A stretch of DNA of 64,000 nucleotides from Eubacteriales bacterium (GCA_045653705.1 JAZOMG010000038.1:44994-108993); one strand, 5' to 3'. Positions 35,404 through 44,812 are shown, counted from the first letter of the stretch. A program made the numbers and translations. Notes: generated by a model from the sequence alone, not told the origin.

Positions 35404-36414
35404 ATGATAAAGAAATTACTTGCAATTTTCTTGGCGCTTCTCTTCTGTCTGTGCGCTGTGGGATGCTCCGAAAAAGACCCCGACGCACCCGAGGGAATGA
35501 AATCGGCAACGGCAGACGGAGAGCCTTTTACCCTCTACGTTCCCACCTCTTGGACGGTAAACACCGCATCGGGTATATCGGGAGCGTACTATTCAACGGT
35601 TGACGGACTTTCGGTAAGCGCAAGATATTATACCCCCGCTGAGGCAATGACAAAGGATGCCTACTTAGACCTTTGCTTGGCTTCGGTATCTGCCGAATAT
35701 GCCGATATGGGCTATGAGCTTACAGAAAGCAAGCTTGGAGCTACCCTCGGTCAAAAGGATGCCCTTAGAATAAGCTACGAATTTGACCGCGGAGAGACAC
35801 GTATGCGCTGCTCACAGATAACGGTTGAGCATGGCGGCGACCTTGTATCCCTTTATTTCTACTGCCCGAAGTCCGCCCTTGAAGCCCACGCCGAGGTTCT
35901 TGAAGAAATACGGGGAGCGTTCGTTCTCAAGGATAAGGGTGAAGCTCCCGTGGAGGTAGTAACCAAGGACACTCCCGAGGGAATGAAGCTGGCATCGGAC
36001 AAGAGCATTGAATACAGGCTGTTCGTTCCAAAAAGCTGGATATGTGACCCCGAAAGCGGCGTGAGTGACGCTTATTACCCCGAAAGCGGCAGACCTAACG
36101 TAACCGTCACCTCTTTCGTTCCCGACACCTCTATGTCGGTAAAGGATTATTTCCTTTTGTGCGAGGAAAGCTACAAAAATGAGCTTCCCGAATACTCCCG
36201 AGACGCGGAGCCTGCCGAGCGAAAGGTAGGCGGCAGAACGGCATACTCCTACACATATTCGGTAAAGGTCGGCGGCTCGGATATAAAGATAATGCAGACA
36301 CTCTTTGCCTATGACAGCTGTTTTTACACAATAACCTATACGGCAAGAACCGAGGACTTTGAGGAGCATATGAACGACGTAAACGCTATTCTTGATGCGT
36401 TCAAGTTCAGATAA
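35404..36414 (+). CDS. lipoprotein with two tandem PsbP/DcrB-like repeats, unknown function
   Basis: Lipobox LCAVGC. Two homologous halves: PEGMKSATADGEPFTLYVPTSW...SGISGAYY and PEGMKLASDKSIEYRLFVPKSW...SGVSDAYY. Confidence 0.55.
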   Translation: MIKKLLAIFLALLFCLCAVGCSEKDPDAPEGMKSATADGEPFTLYVPTSWTVNTASGISGAYYSTVDGLSVSARYYTPAEAMTKDAYLDLCLASVSAEYADMGYELTESKLGATLGQKDALRISYEFDRGETRMRCSQITVEHGGDLVSLYFYCPKSALEAHAEVLEEIRGAFVLKDKGEAPVEVVTKDTPEGMKLASDKSIEYRLFVPKSWICDPESGVSDAYYPESGRPNVTVTSFVPDTSMSVKDYFLLCEESYKNELPEYSRDAEPAERKVGGRTAYSYTYSVKVGGSDIKIMQTLFAYDSCFYTITYTARTEDFEEHMNDVNAILDAFKFR

Positions 36415-36418
36415 AGCT

Positions 36419-37585
36419 ATGACTGAGATATATCTTGACAACAGCGCCACCACACCTCTGTCGGCGGCGGCAAAAAATAAAATTACCGAAGCTATGGAGA
36501 TATACGGAAATCCCTCATCTCTCCACAGCGCGGGACAGGCGGCGGAGCGGCTTCTGACCGAGGCGAGGTCAAGGGTGCTTTGTGCCCTCGGTGTGCGACA
36601 GCGGCATGACGGCGGTGAGCTTGTATTCACCTCGTCGGGTACGGAAGCCACTTCTCTCGCCCTATTCGGCACAGCCTACGCAAAGCCGAGACGTGACGCG
36701 CTTCGCATCCTCACCACAAACTCCGAGCATCCCTCGGTGGGCAGGGTGATGGACAGGCTCGAAGCCGACGGCTTTGAGGTCATACGCCTTTCCACCCGCG
36801 GCGGCGTTATAGACACCGATGAGCTTGACGCGGCTCTTGACAAAAAAATATTCCTCGCATCCTTTATGCTCGTTAACAACGAGACGGGAGCTGTGTATTC
36901 GGTAGGCGAGGCGTTCAGAAAAATAAAGCAAAAATACCCCGATGCGGTGACCCACTGCGATGCGGTACAGGGCTTTATGAAAATAGGCTTTACCCCCGCT
37001 TCCCTCTCTGCCGACCTTGTGACGGTAAGCGCCCACAAGCTTCACGCTCCCAAGGGAGTAGGCGCGCTGTATATCTCCGCCCCCCTCTTAAAGGCAAAAA
37101 AAATAGCCCCCTTTATACTTGGCGGCGGTCAGGAAAAGGGTATGCGCTCGGGTACGGAGAATGTCATAGGCATCGCGGCTTTCGGAGCGGCGGTAGCCGA
37201 TATACAGAAAAGGCAGACCGAGATACAGGCGCATATGAACGAGCTTCGAGCCTACGCTGACGAAAGGCTTTCAGCGCTTGACGTAAGAGTAAATCTACCC
37301 GCGGGACAGCGGCTGGCGAATATCATAAATATTACGCTTCCCGACATAAAGAGCGAAACAATGCTTCACGCTCTGTCGGCAGACGGCATATACGTCTCCA
37401 GTGGCTCAGCTTGCTCCTCCCATTCCCACCACACAAGCGAAAGCCTTTCGGCGTTCGGACTTACCGATAAGGAAGCCGATTGCTCTCTGCGGATAAGTAT
37501 GTCGGAGTATAACACAAAAGCCCACATAGACGCCCTTTGCCACTCTCTTGAAAAGAATATAGCGAGACTTGTGAAGATAAGATAA
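36419..37585 (+). CDS. cysteine desulfurase (NifS/IscS class)
   Basis: LDNSATTP, SAHKLHAPKGVGALY (PLP Lys) and SSGSACSS (catalytic Cys). The start is moved to the ATG at 36419. Confidence 0.9.
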   Translation: MTEIYLDNSATTPLSAAAKNKITEAMEIYGNPSSLHSAGQAAERLLTEARSRVLCALGVRQRHDGGELVFTSSGTEATSLALFGTAYAKPRRDALRILTTNSEHPSVGRVMDRLEADGFEVIRLSTRGGVIDTDELDAALDKKIFLASFMLVNNETGAVYSVGEAFRKIKQKYPDAVTHCDAVQGFMKIGFTPASLSADLVTVSAHKLHAPKGVGALYISAPLLKAKKIAPFILGGGQEKGMRSGTENVIGIAAFGAAVADIQKRQTEIQAHMNELRAYADERLSALDVRVNLPAGQRLANIINITLPDIKSETMLHALSADGIYVSSGSACSSHSHHTSESLSAFGLTDKEADCSLRISMSEYNTKAHIDALCHSLEKNIARLVKIR

Positions 37586-37593
37586 AAAAACTA

Positions 37594-37652
37594 CGGCGGC
37601 AGCAAGCCACCGCCCTACAATGTGTTTATAGGGCAACGGATTGCTACCGCCG
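37594..37652. repeat. imperfect palindrome CGGCGGCAGCAAGCCACCGCCCT...AGGGCAACGGATTGCTACCGCCG
   Basis: Inverted arms read directly. Intergenic, between convergent genes. Confidence 0.55.
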
Positions 37653-37672
37653 ATAAATTTTATATTTACGTT

Positions 37673-37772
37673 ATTCTGCCTGAAATTGTCATTCTGAGCG
37701 GAGCAAACAACTAAGTGTTGTTTGCGTAGTCGAACCCGACGAAAGGAGGGTGACGAGCCTGCGAGGCAGAAT
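37673..37772. repeat. about 100-bp palindromic element (ATTCTGCCT...AGGCAGAAT with inner GCAAACAAC-taagt-GTTGTTTGC hairpin)
   Basis: Outer 9-bp inverted repeat and inner 9-bp hairpin read directly. Confidence 0.55.
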
Positions 37773-37851
37773 CTCATATGACCTACCGATAACCGTCAAG
37801 CCCAATACAAATACAACCTGACATAAGGAAAGACACCAAAAAAATCTTCAA

Positions 37852-38487
37852 TCATTTGTTTTCGTCCCCAGCCGTCTCTTTAGCTCTTCTTGAAAACTCG
37901 CATCCGCAAAAGTCCTGCCTATAAAGTCCGTATTTTGCCGACAGCTCACAGGAGCGTTTATATCCGTTCCGCTTTTTAAAATCCGAAGTAAGATAACGAA
38001 CTCCGTATTCCCTGCCCTTGGCTTCACCTATCTCGTTAAGCCACAGGGCGTTTTTATATGGGCTTATTGAAAGGGTGGTGGTAAAAAAGTCATATCCCCC
38101 CTCCGCGGCAACTCTTGCGCTCTCCGAAAGACGAAGCTCATAACACTTAGCGCACCGCGTGCCCCCCTCGGGAAGCTCCTCTAAGCCCCGCGCAAGCTCC
38201 CGAAATCTCTCAGACTCATATTCACCCACAATGAGCCGAACACGCTCCGAAAGCCCCATTTCAGCCCTCAGGCGGGCAATCTCCGCCGCCCTGAAATCGT
38301 GCTCTTCCTTTGGAGAAATGTTGGGATTGTAAAAAAACAGGGTAATATCGAAAAACTCCGAAAGATATTCCAGAACGTAGGACGAACAGGGCGCGCAACA
38401 GGCGTGAAGCAAAAGCGTGGGCTTTTTCTCTCCAATACATTCCTTATTTATTATTTTGTCCAAAATAAGCTGATAATTCTGTTTCAT
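37852..38487 (-). CDS. queH: epoxyqueuosine reductase QueH (DUF208)
   Basis: LLLHACCAPCSSYVLEYL plus the C-terminal CGCEFS cysteine motifs. Confidence 0.85.
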   Translation of the reverse strand: MKQNYQLILDKIINKECIGEKKPTLLLHACCAPCSSYVLEYLSEFFDITLFFYNPNISPKEEHDFRAAEIARLRAEMGLSERVRLIVGEYESERFRELARGLEELPEGGTRCAKCYELRLSESARVAAEGGYDFFTTTLSISPYKNALWLNEIGEAKGREYGVRYLTSDFKKRNGYKRSCELSAKYGLYRQDFCGCEFSRRAKETAGDENK

Positions 38488-38631
38488 AATATCCCCCTAC
38501 CCTCTGTCTGCTAATATTGTACCACAATATCGAGAAAAAGTAAAGCCCCAAATAGGTAACGCGTAAGCGCGGATATGACATATACTGTCTATGAGGATAT
38601 TTCCTCAAACCAAAGAAAGGTAATATGATTT

Positions 38632-38898
38632 ATGGACGATAGAATAAGCGACGGAATGCTCCGTCAGATATTGGGCGTTGATAAGACGCCCTCAGCGCCC
38701 GCGTGCAATATCCAGCATGAACACCGTAAAAGCTGGGGACTTGTAGGATACCCCTTGGCTATGGTATATTCTCCTGTACAGGAGTTCAGGGAAATATACG
38801 ATATGGACTCCGCGCTGATGCACGGAACTGTATTCAAGGAGCTTGACCTGCCTTTTATGGGTACGACAATAAGCAAAGGAGGAAACTGCCGTGGTTGA
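38632..38898 (+). CDS. cotJA: spore coat-associated protein CotJA
   Basis: LAMVYSPVQEFREIYD...GTVFKELDLPF. First gene of a cotJABC triplet. Confidence 0.8.
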   Translation: MDDRISDGMLRQILGVDKTPSAPACNIQHEHRKSWGLVGYPLAMVYSPVQEFREIYDMDSALMHGTVFKELDLPFMGTTISKGGNCRG

Positions 38899-39268
38899 CC
38901 GTTTTAACAGAAATCCTCAAAGAAGATGTGGTGACAGACCCGCACCCGGGTCTAGAGGCTGTATGAACACCCCCGCGCCCAGATACGAAGCAGGCGGCAA
39001 CGGTTGCGTATCGAACGACTGCAAGGCAATGCTTCGCAGATTGCAGACCGTGGAATTTACACTTACGGATGTTATGCTCTATCTTGACATTTATCCCGAA
39101 TGCTCCGAGGCTCTTGCATACTATAACAAATTGCTTGAGGAAAGAGATGCCCTCAGACATTCTCTTTCGAGAAAATGCAAGAGACCGACCACCGCCTTTG
39201 AGAACGCAGGTGCCGATTCGTGGGATTGGATAGCATCGCCTTGGCCCTGGGACCCCTCGGCAAATTAA
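38891..39268 (+). CDS. cotJB: spore coat protein CotJB
   Basis: LQTVEFTLTDVMLYLDIYPE...ALAYYN...PWPWD. GTG start with AGGAGG 8 nt upstream. Shorter starts (38963, 39029) are possible. Confidence 0.75.
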   Translation: MVDRFNRNPQRRCGDRPAPGSRGCMNTPAPRYEAGGNGCVSNDCKAMLRRLQTVEFTLTDVMLYLDIYPECSEALAYYNKLLEERDALRHSLSRKCKRPTTAFENAGADSWDWIASPWPWDPSAN

Positions 39269-39289
39269 TGGGAGAAAGGATATACCGTT

Positions 39290-39907
39290 ATGTGGATATA
39301 CGAAAAAAAGCTTCAATACCCTGTAAAAATTAAAACCCCCAGCAAGGAGCTGGCGCAGATCATCATATCGCAACTTGGCGGTCCTGACGGTGAGCTTGGC
39401 GCGTCTATGCGATATCTCAATCAAAGATTTTCGTCACCCTACGATAAGGTTACAGGAATACTGACCGACGTAGGCACAGAGGAGCTGGCGCACCTGGAGA
39501 TAGTGGGAGCGATTCTTTACCAGCTTACAAAGGATCTTACCCCCGACGAGATCGAGGGAAGCGGCTTTGCCACCTACTTTGTAGACCATACCACGGGAGT
39601 TTACCCAGTATCAGCCGCAGGCGTTCCCTTTGATATAAAATATATCGCGTCGAAGGGAGATATTATCACCGACCTTAACGAGGACTTGGCGGCAGAGCAA
39701 AAGGCTCGCACGACCTATGACAATCTGCTCCGTCTTATTGACGACCCCGATGTTCGTGACCCGATCAAGTTCCTGCGCGAGAGAGAGATAGTTCACTACC
39801 AGCGTTTCGGCGAGGCGCTACGTGTTGCCCAAGACCATCTGGATTCGAGAAACTTCTACGCTATCAACCCCTCTTTTGATAAAAAGAAGCCTCAGAAGCC
39901 CTTTTAA
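39290..39907 (+). CDS. cotJC: manganese-catalase-family spore coat protein CotJC
   Basis: MWIYEKKLQYPVKIK...GGPDGELGASMRYLNQRF...EELAHLE. Confidence 0.9.
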   Translation: MWIYEKKLQYPVKIKTPSKELAQIIISQLGGPDGELGASMRYLNQRFSSPYDKVTGILTDVGTEELAHLEIVGAILYQLTKDLTPDEIEGSGFATYFVDHTTGVYPVSAAGVPFDIKYIASKGDIITDLNEDLAAEQKARTTYDNLLRLIDDPDVRDPIKFLREREIVHYQRFGEALRVAQDHLDSRNFYAINPSFDKKKPQKPF

Positions 39908-39923
39908 GTGTTAACCCAAAAGA

Positions 39924-39960
39924 GGCTGTCGCAAATGCAAATTTGCGACAGCCCCTTTTC
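39924..39960 (+). terminator. intrinsic terminator (GGCTGTCGCAAAT-gca-ATTTGCGACAGCC + CCTTTTC)
   Basis: 13-bp stem. Almost identical to the hairpin at 58675-58715. Confidence 0.8.
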
Positions 39961-39964
39961 ATTC

Positions 39965-40822
39965 TTATATCATTCTTTCTCTATATTCCATAGGGGTCAT
40001 TCCGTAGGTATCCTTGAACATTCTGAAAAAGTAATTTTCATATTCATATCCAACGCTTTCGGCTATCTGCCCTATATTCAGACCCGTATGCTTAAGAAGC
40101 ATACAGGCTACGCTTAGCCGTCTGCTATGCACCACCTGCGACAGAGACATTCCGTATTCCTTATTTATAATTCTTGACACCTGCTTTGAGCACAGGTGAA
40201 GCTCCGTAGCCAAGTCGTCTATGCGTATCTGCTCAGAATAGTGTTTTGATATATACTGGTCTATGGTATTTACGTAATTTCGGTATTTAAGACTTGCTAC
40301 ACTCGCCTTTTCAGCGGGAAGCTCCAGCGCCTTGAAAATAGACAGAAAGAGCAGAGCGCACACGTGCCGTGCCTCGTCATCGTTTTTTTCGGCTGTGATA
40401 AGCTCCGACAGCTTTTCCATATAGAACGCCATATCGGGGTCTACCGCAAAGGAGGATATTTCCCTGCTCAGCCTTTCCGCAACGCCCACGTATATTCCCC
40501 CGTCCTTTTTATGCTCCTTTTCGATTGCAAAAATAAGACAGTAACCGCTCTTAGCCCACGACTCAACGCAATGATTGACCCGAGGCGGGATAATAACCGC
40601 CTTATTGTTATACACTTCGGTTTTTTCCTCGGTAATGATAGTCATACTGTCATCTGGGATAAAAAACAGCTCGTAAAAGGAATGTGAATGAAGCTCCTCT
40701 ATAAGCGCCTCGGAGCTTTTATCGGTCTTACCGTTTTCACTTATACGATAGCTTGGTCTGTCCGCGATTATTGACAGTCTTATATCCGATATTTCGGTCT
40801 CGAAAAGCATTTCATTCTGCAC
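39965..40822 (-). CDS. AraC-family transcriptional regulator
   Basis: C-terminal double HTH (IDDLATELHLCSKQVSRIINKEYG and IGQIAESVGYEYENYFFRMFKDTYGMTPMEYR). Cupin-like N-terminal half. Confidence 0.85.
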   Translation of the reverse strand: MQNEMLFETEISDIRLSIIADRPSYRISENGKTDKSSEALIEELHSHSFYELFFIPDDSMTIITEEKTEVYNNKAVIIPPRVNHCVESWAKSGYCLIFAIEKEHKKDGGIYVGVAERLSREISSFAVDPDMAFYMEKLSELITAEKNDDEARHVCALLFLSIFKALELPAEKASVASLKYRNYVNTIDQYISKHYSEQIRIDDLATELHLCSKQVSRIINKEYGMSLSQVVHSRRLSVACMLLKHTGLNIGQIAESVGYEYENYFFRMFKDTYGMTPMEYRERMI

Positions 40823-40978
40823 AGTCTCACCCCCATTTTCTATATTATAATATAAACCACCGCTCTTTTCAATATAAAATCAGAAAAAAATCAAAAAAAG
40901 ATGTCCGATTTTTGCATTGAATAATATAGGCTTTTGGAATATAATACTGCTCAGTAATTGATAATACGTGAGGTGCTT

Positions 40979-41722
40979 ATGAAAATCAAGGCTTTATTCA
41001 AGGACAAAAATCTTTATCTCAGATATATTCCTATGTCACTGGCGGCGTGTCTTATTATATTTTTTGCGGTAAGAAGCGCGCTTTATCCCGCAGAGGGTGA
41101 GGACGTGAATATACCCTATCTTATACTTAAAACTCTCCCCACTCTTGTGACGCTGGTAGTGCAGATACTGCTTATGGCGGCTAACAAATACTCCTTTTTA
41201 CTTGGTGGAATAAACGCGGCGACCTACGGCGTGGTCTATCTTATCGAGGGTGTTCCCTTTTCGGCATTCTCGGCTCTGCTAATCTCCTTTCCTCTTCAGC
41301 TTTATTCTTTCTTTAATTGGAGAAAAAACTCAAAGGGTAAGAACGTGGAGCTTCGTTGGCTCTCTCTTAAGGGTAAATTTATAGTTCTCGGAATCACGGG
41401 CGCGTTATGGGCGTTCTGCTTCTTCGTTCTTGCGAAGAACAACATAATCGTAAGTGAAGTGCCTGTGTTCGATACTCTCACCTTTACTCTCGGTGTGGTG
41501 GTCACCGTTCTCTCTGCCGTAAGATACATAGATTCCCAGTATATGAGCTTTGTATCAAGCTGTCTCGGGTTTAGTATGTGGGTGATACTTACAATAAAAG
41601 ACCCCTCCAATATCAACCACGCCATAATCGGCGTATACAATATGTACTGCATAGGTCAAACCGCAATCAATTGGACTATTCTTCACGCCCGAAACAAAAA
41701 AAGCGTCTTAATTCAAAAGTAA
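40979..41722 (+). CDS. PnuC-like (nicotinamide riboside transporter family) membrane protein
   Basis: Seven predicted TM segments, about 247 aa, with a ...LYSFFNWRKN... W-containing loop as in PnuC. The start is moved to the ATG at 40979 (GAGGTG upstream). Confidence 0.4.
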   Translation: MKIKALFKDKNLYLRYIPMSLAACLIIFFAVRSALYPAEGEDVNIPYLILKTLPTLVTLVVQILLMAANKYSFLLGGINAATYGVVYLIEGVPFSAFSALLISFPLQLYSFFNWRKNSKGKNVELRWLSLKGKFIVLGITGALWAFCFFVLAKNNIIVSEVPVFDTLTFTLGVVVTVLSAVRYIDSQYMSFVSSCLGFSMWVILTIKDPSNINHAIIGVYNMYCIGQTAINWTILHARNKKSVLIQK

Positions 41723-41736
41723 CCCGAAAATAAAAA

Positions 41737-41778
41737 ATACCGCTTTGCTATCCGTGACAACAGCAAAGCGGTATTTTT
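41737..41778. terminator. bidirectional intrinsic terminator (ATACCGCTTTGCT...AGCAAAGCGGTAT)
   Basis: 13-bp stem with flanking A-run and T-run, between convergent genes. Stem sequence is shared with 6030-6070. Confidence 0.75.
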
Positions 41779-41802
41779 GTATATATCGGGTGTGAACCGA
41801 TC

Positions 41803-42495
41803 TTATTCCTTTTCCACCGTATCGGCAAAGCGGAAGCCTGCCGTATCGGTAACGGGAAGCGAGAATACAACGGCATGAGCCTTAGTATCAACGCCCGCCT
41901 TTTGCATAATTGCTTTCATAATATCCTTTTTCTGCTCGGCGGCGGAAACTATGAGAACTATCTCCTTTTCCTCGGCAAGGCTTATGCCGAAGAATTTATC
42001 TGTTCCCGCAACGGTTCCCTTTGCATTAAGGGTCGTGCCGCCTCGCGCTCCCGCCTCTCTCGCGGCATCCATAACAACGTCTGTGTATCCCTTTTGATAT
42101 ATGGCGATTATAAGCTCCTGTGTAGCTTCCATTTTTCTATCCTCCGTACAATGTTCCTCGGGTATGCACTGCCCCGCCGTGAAATATTCCAGTGTTCTGC
42201 TTCCGCCTACCCCCGAAAAGGGTACTGCCATAGCCACTCCCCTGTCGGGCAGGTCTATTTTCATCTCATACGCCAAATCCCGCTTCAGAGCTTTCAGCGT
42301 AGGTCCTGTTACCGTGGCGATAAGCATTGATTTTTCGGTACGCACTATTCCGAGTATAACCAAGGTCTTGGCGTGAGCTGTGCCGTTACAGCGAGCGTTA
42401 TATATCACCTTGATATTTCTGTTTCTGTAAAACTCCTCATATTCGGCGGCATCCTTACGTCTCACTATGGTGAGAAGCAAATATAGATCTTTCAT
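41803..42495 (-). CDS. tandem P-II-like (GlnB-fold) domain protein
   Basis: 230 aa in two halves of about 110 aa. The second, ELIIAIYQKGYTDVVMDAAREAGARGGTTLNAKG, is clearly P-II-like. It sits immediately downstream of the DUF1538 gene. Confidence 0.6.
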   Translation of the reverse strand: MKDLYLLLTIVRRKDAAEYEEFYRNRNIKVIYNARCNGTAHAKTLVILGIVRTEKSMLIATVTGPTLKALKRDLAYEMKIDLPDRGVAMAVPFSGVGGSRTLEYFTAGQCIPEEHCTEDRKMEATQELIIAIYQKGYTDVVMDAAREAGARGGTTLNAKGTVAGTDKFFGISLAEEKEIVLIVSAAEQKKDIMKAIMQKAGVDTKAHAVVFSLPVTDTAGFRFADTVEKE

Positions 42496-42507
42496 AAAGC
42501 GTCTCCT

Positions 42508-44067
42508 TTACATTTCGATAATGTCGTCATCGGTAACGGCAACCATTTCAATAATTTCTTCTTCAAGCTGCTCTGCCTCAGCTGCTGCCACTGCTCTCTC
42601 GTGTCTTTGCTGCTTTATCTTATACACAAGTCCGAGTATCTGTATGGCAATAAGAGGTGTCATAGCAACAAGCGCCACAAGTCCGTAGGCATCTGTAACC
42701 ACAATGCCGCCCTCAACAGCAGAACAAGCTCCTATGGCAAAGGGGAGAAGAAACGTAGCCGTCATAGGTCCCGAGGCAACTCCACCCGAGTCAAAGGCTA
42801 TTGACGTGAAGATATCGGGAACGAAGAATGACAGCGCAAGGGAAATAACGTAACCCGGAATTATTATCCACAGTATGGAAATACCCGTAAGTACTCTGAG
42901 CATCGCTATACCGATAGCCACTCCAACGCCGATCGACAGGGTAAGGGATAAAAGCTTACCCGATATCATTCCCGCGGTAACATCCTCAACCTGTCGCTTC
43001 AGAACGTGAACGGCAGGCTCAGCGGCTACTATAAAGTAACCCATTATCATACCGATGGGAATTATGAGCCAACGAAAATCCGAGGAAACGAGATGCTCTC
43101 CGAGATACGCGCCTACGGGCATAAAGCCAACGTCAACGCCCGTAAGGAAAAGCACAAGCCCTACGTATGTATACACAACGCCCACAAGGGTCTTTCCAAG
43201 CCCCTTTGAGCCTCTTCCGCCGCTAAGCAAACGGAAAATAAGGAAGAATATAACGATAGGTCCTACCGCCATAGCCACGTCAAGGGCGTGGGCAGGCAGG
43301 TCCTTTAGGAATATTCCTAAAATATCTCTTGAATTATGGACTATCTCCATAGAGTAGTCGTCCTTAGGCTCTATTGCGCCGCCGCTTACTATACCGAGTA
43401 TCATAACCGCAAGTATAGGTCCTACCGAGCAAAGAGCTACAAGTCCAAAGCTGTCTCCACCTTTATCGTCCGAGCGTATTGACGCAACGCCCACGCCGAG
43501 AGCCATAATAAAGGGCACCGTCATAGGTCCTGTGGTAACTCCCCCCGAGTCAAAGGAAAGGGCTAAAAAGTCCTTGGGAACAAATATTGCAAGTATAAAG
43601 ACCGCCGCGTAAAGACCGAGCAAAAGATAGCGAAGCCTTATGGCAAAGACTATTCTAAGCATTGCCACCACCAAAAGCACGCCAACGCCCGCCGCCACAG
43701 ACCATATAAGCAGATTTGGATTACTCTTAAATATCTGGTCGGCAAGCACCTTTAGGTCGGGCTCTGAAACGGTTATCATCGTACCGACAAAAAGGGATAC
43801 GAATATAATTAGAAACAGATTTTTAGATTTGGTCATCTTAGAGCCTACGTATTCACCCATAGGCGTCATTGCCGTCTCAGCCCCCAAGGTAAACAGCCCC
43901 ATACCGATAATAAGAAAAACAGCGCCCACCAAAAACGCCATAAGCATTTCGGCTTCCACAGGCACTATTGTCATCATAAGCAAAAGGACAATTCCCGTTA
44001 CGGGTAAAACGGATGACAGGGATTCGGAGATTTTCGGACCTAAGATAGTATTGCGCAAAAATTTCAA
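42508..44067 (-). CDS. fused double DUF1538 integral membrane protein
   Basis: Two homologous polytopic halves: FDSGGVTTGPMTVPFIMALGVG and FDSGGVASGPMTATFLLPFAIG. The probable start is TTG at 44065-44067 (GGTGAGGGAG upstream). The track ORF extends to 44136. Confidence 0.65.
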   Translation of the reverse strand: MKFLRNTILGPKISESLSSVLPVTGIVLLLMMTIVPVEAEMLMAFLVGAVFLIIGMGLFTLGAETAMTPMGEYVGSKMTKSKNLFLIIFVSLFVGTMITVSEPDLKVLADQIFKSNPNLLIWSVAAGVGVLLVVAMLRIVFAIRLRYLLLGLYAAVFILAIFVPKDFLALSFDSGGVTTGPMTVPFIMALGVGVASIRSDDKGGDSFGLVALCSVGPILAVMILGIVSGGAIEPKDDYSMEIVHNSRDILGIFLKDLPAHALDVAMAVGPIVIFFLIFRLLSGGRGSKGLGKTLVGVVYTYVGLVLFLTGVDVGFMPVGAYLGEHLVSSDFRWLIIPIGMIMGYFIVAAEPAVHVLKRQVEDVTAGMISGKLLSLTLSIGVGVAIGIAMLRVLTGISILWIIIPGYVISLALSFFVPDIFTSIAFDSGGVASGPMTATFLLPFAIGACSAVEGGIVVTDAYGLVALVAMTPLIAIQILGLVYKIKQQRHERAVAAAEAEQLEEEIIEMVAVTDDDIIEM

Positions 44068-44212
44068 GCTCAATTCTCCCTCACCGTAATAATTGTTAAC
44101 ATCATTATACCATACAAGCGCAAAAAAGTCAATCAAAAGAGCTAATATACGTTATTCGACATAAAAAATGAATTTTGTGCAAATTTTTTTAGAAAAAATT
44201 CTGAAAATTCTC

Positions 44213-44241
44213 TTGACTTTTTTCCGAATATGGGCTATAAT
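44213..44241 (+). promoter_or_regulatory. consensus sigma-A promoter
   Basis: TTGACT, 17-nt spacer, TATAAT. Confidence 0.6.
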
Positions 44242-44292
44242 GTGGTAGTGACTACGGTCACAAATAAAAAACATTTTTTGGAGGTATTTGAC

Positions 44293-44790
44293 ATGGGAAA
44301 ATATGTCGAATCAAATTTGAACCGCGGTGAGGTAGTGGTTGAGGAAGCAAAGAAGTCAATAGTTTGCATGATCCCCGAGTGGATATTGGCTGTTCTTTTC
44401 TGCTGGACTCTCATCGTACCGATAATCGTTCTTATTGAAACCATTCAGTTTTTCAACGTAGAGCTTGCTTTCACAAACAAGCGTGTTATCGGTAAGGCTA
44501 CTTCCGCAAAGGGCGACGATACAACCAAGACTATGGACGCTCCTCTTAACAAGATTCAGAGTGCTTCCGTTTCTCAGAAGCTCTGGGGTAAGGTATTCAA
44601 GTACGGTACTGTTCGCGTAGATACCGCAGCCGGCAGATACACCTTCGGCTTCGTTAAGGATCCTCACGGCTTTAAGAACAGACTTATGGCTCAGATCGAG
44701 GAGTACGAGAACGACAAGATCAAGGAGCAGGCTGCTCAGATGGCAAGCGCTATGGCTGCTGCTAACGCTGCTGCTGCTAAGCAGGACTAA
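44293..44790 (+). CDS. bacterial PH-domain (bPH_2/YdbT-like) membrane protein
   Basis: GGAGG then ATG at 44293. Two TM segments, then FTNKRVIGK...G.V.V.T, typical of bPH_2. The tail is Ala-rich. Confidence 0.55.
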   Translation: MGKYVESNLNRGEVVVEEAKKSIVCMIPEWILAVLFCWTLIVPIIVLIETIQFFNVELAFTNKRVIGKATSAKGDDTTKTMDAPLNKIQSASVSQKLWGKVFKYGTVRVDTAAGRYTFGFVKDPHGFKNRLMAQIEEYENDKIKEQAAQMASAMAAANAAAAKQD

Positions 44791-44812
44791 TCGTTATACA
44801 TAAATAAAAAGT

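Noticed and set aside
40823-40978. A possible NAD+/pnuC-motif riboswitch upstream of the PnuC-like gene.
   Set aside because: A plausible promoter (TTGAAT, 17 nt, TATAAT) leaves a leader of only about 35 nt with no conserved-looking structure. That is too short for a riboswitch.
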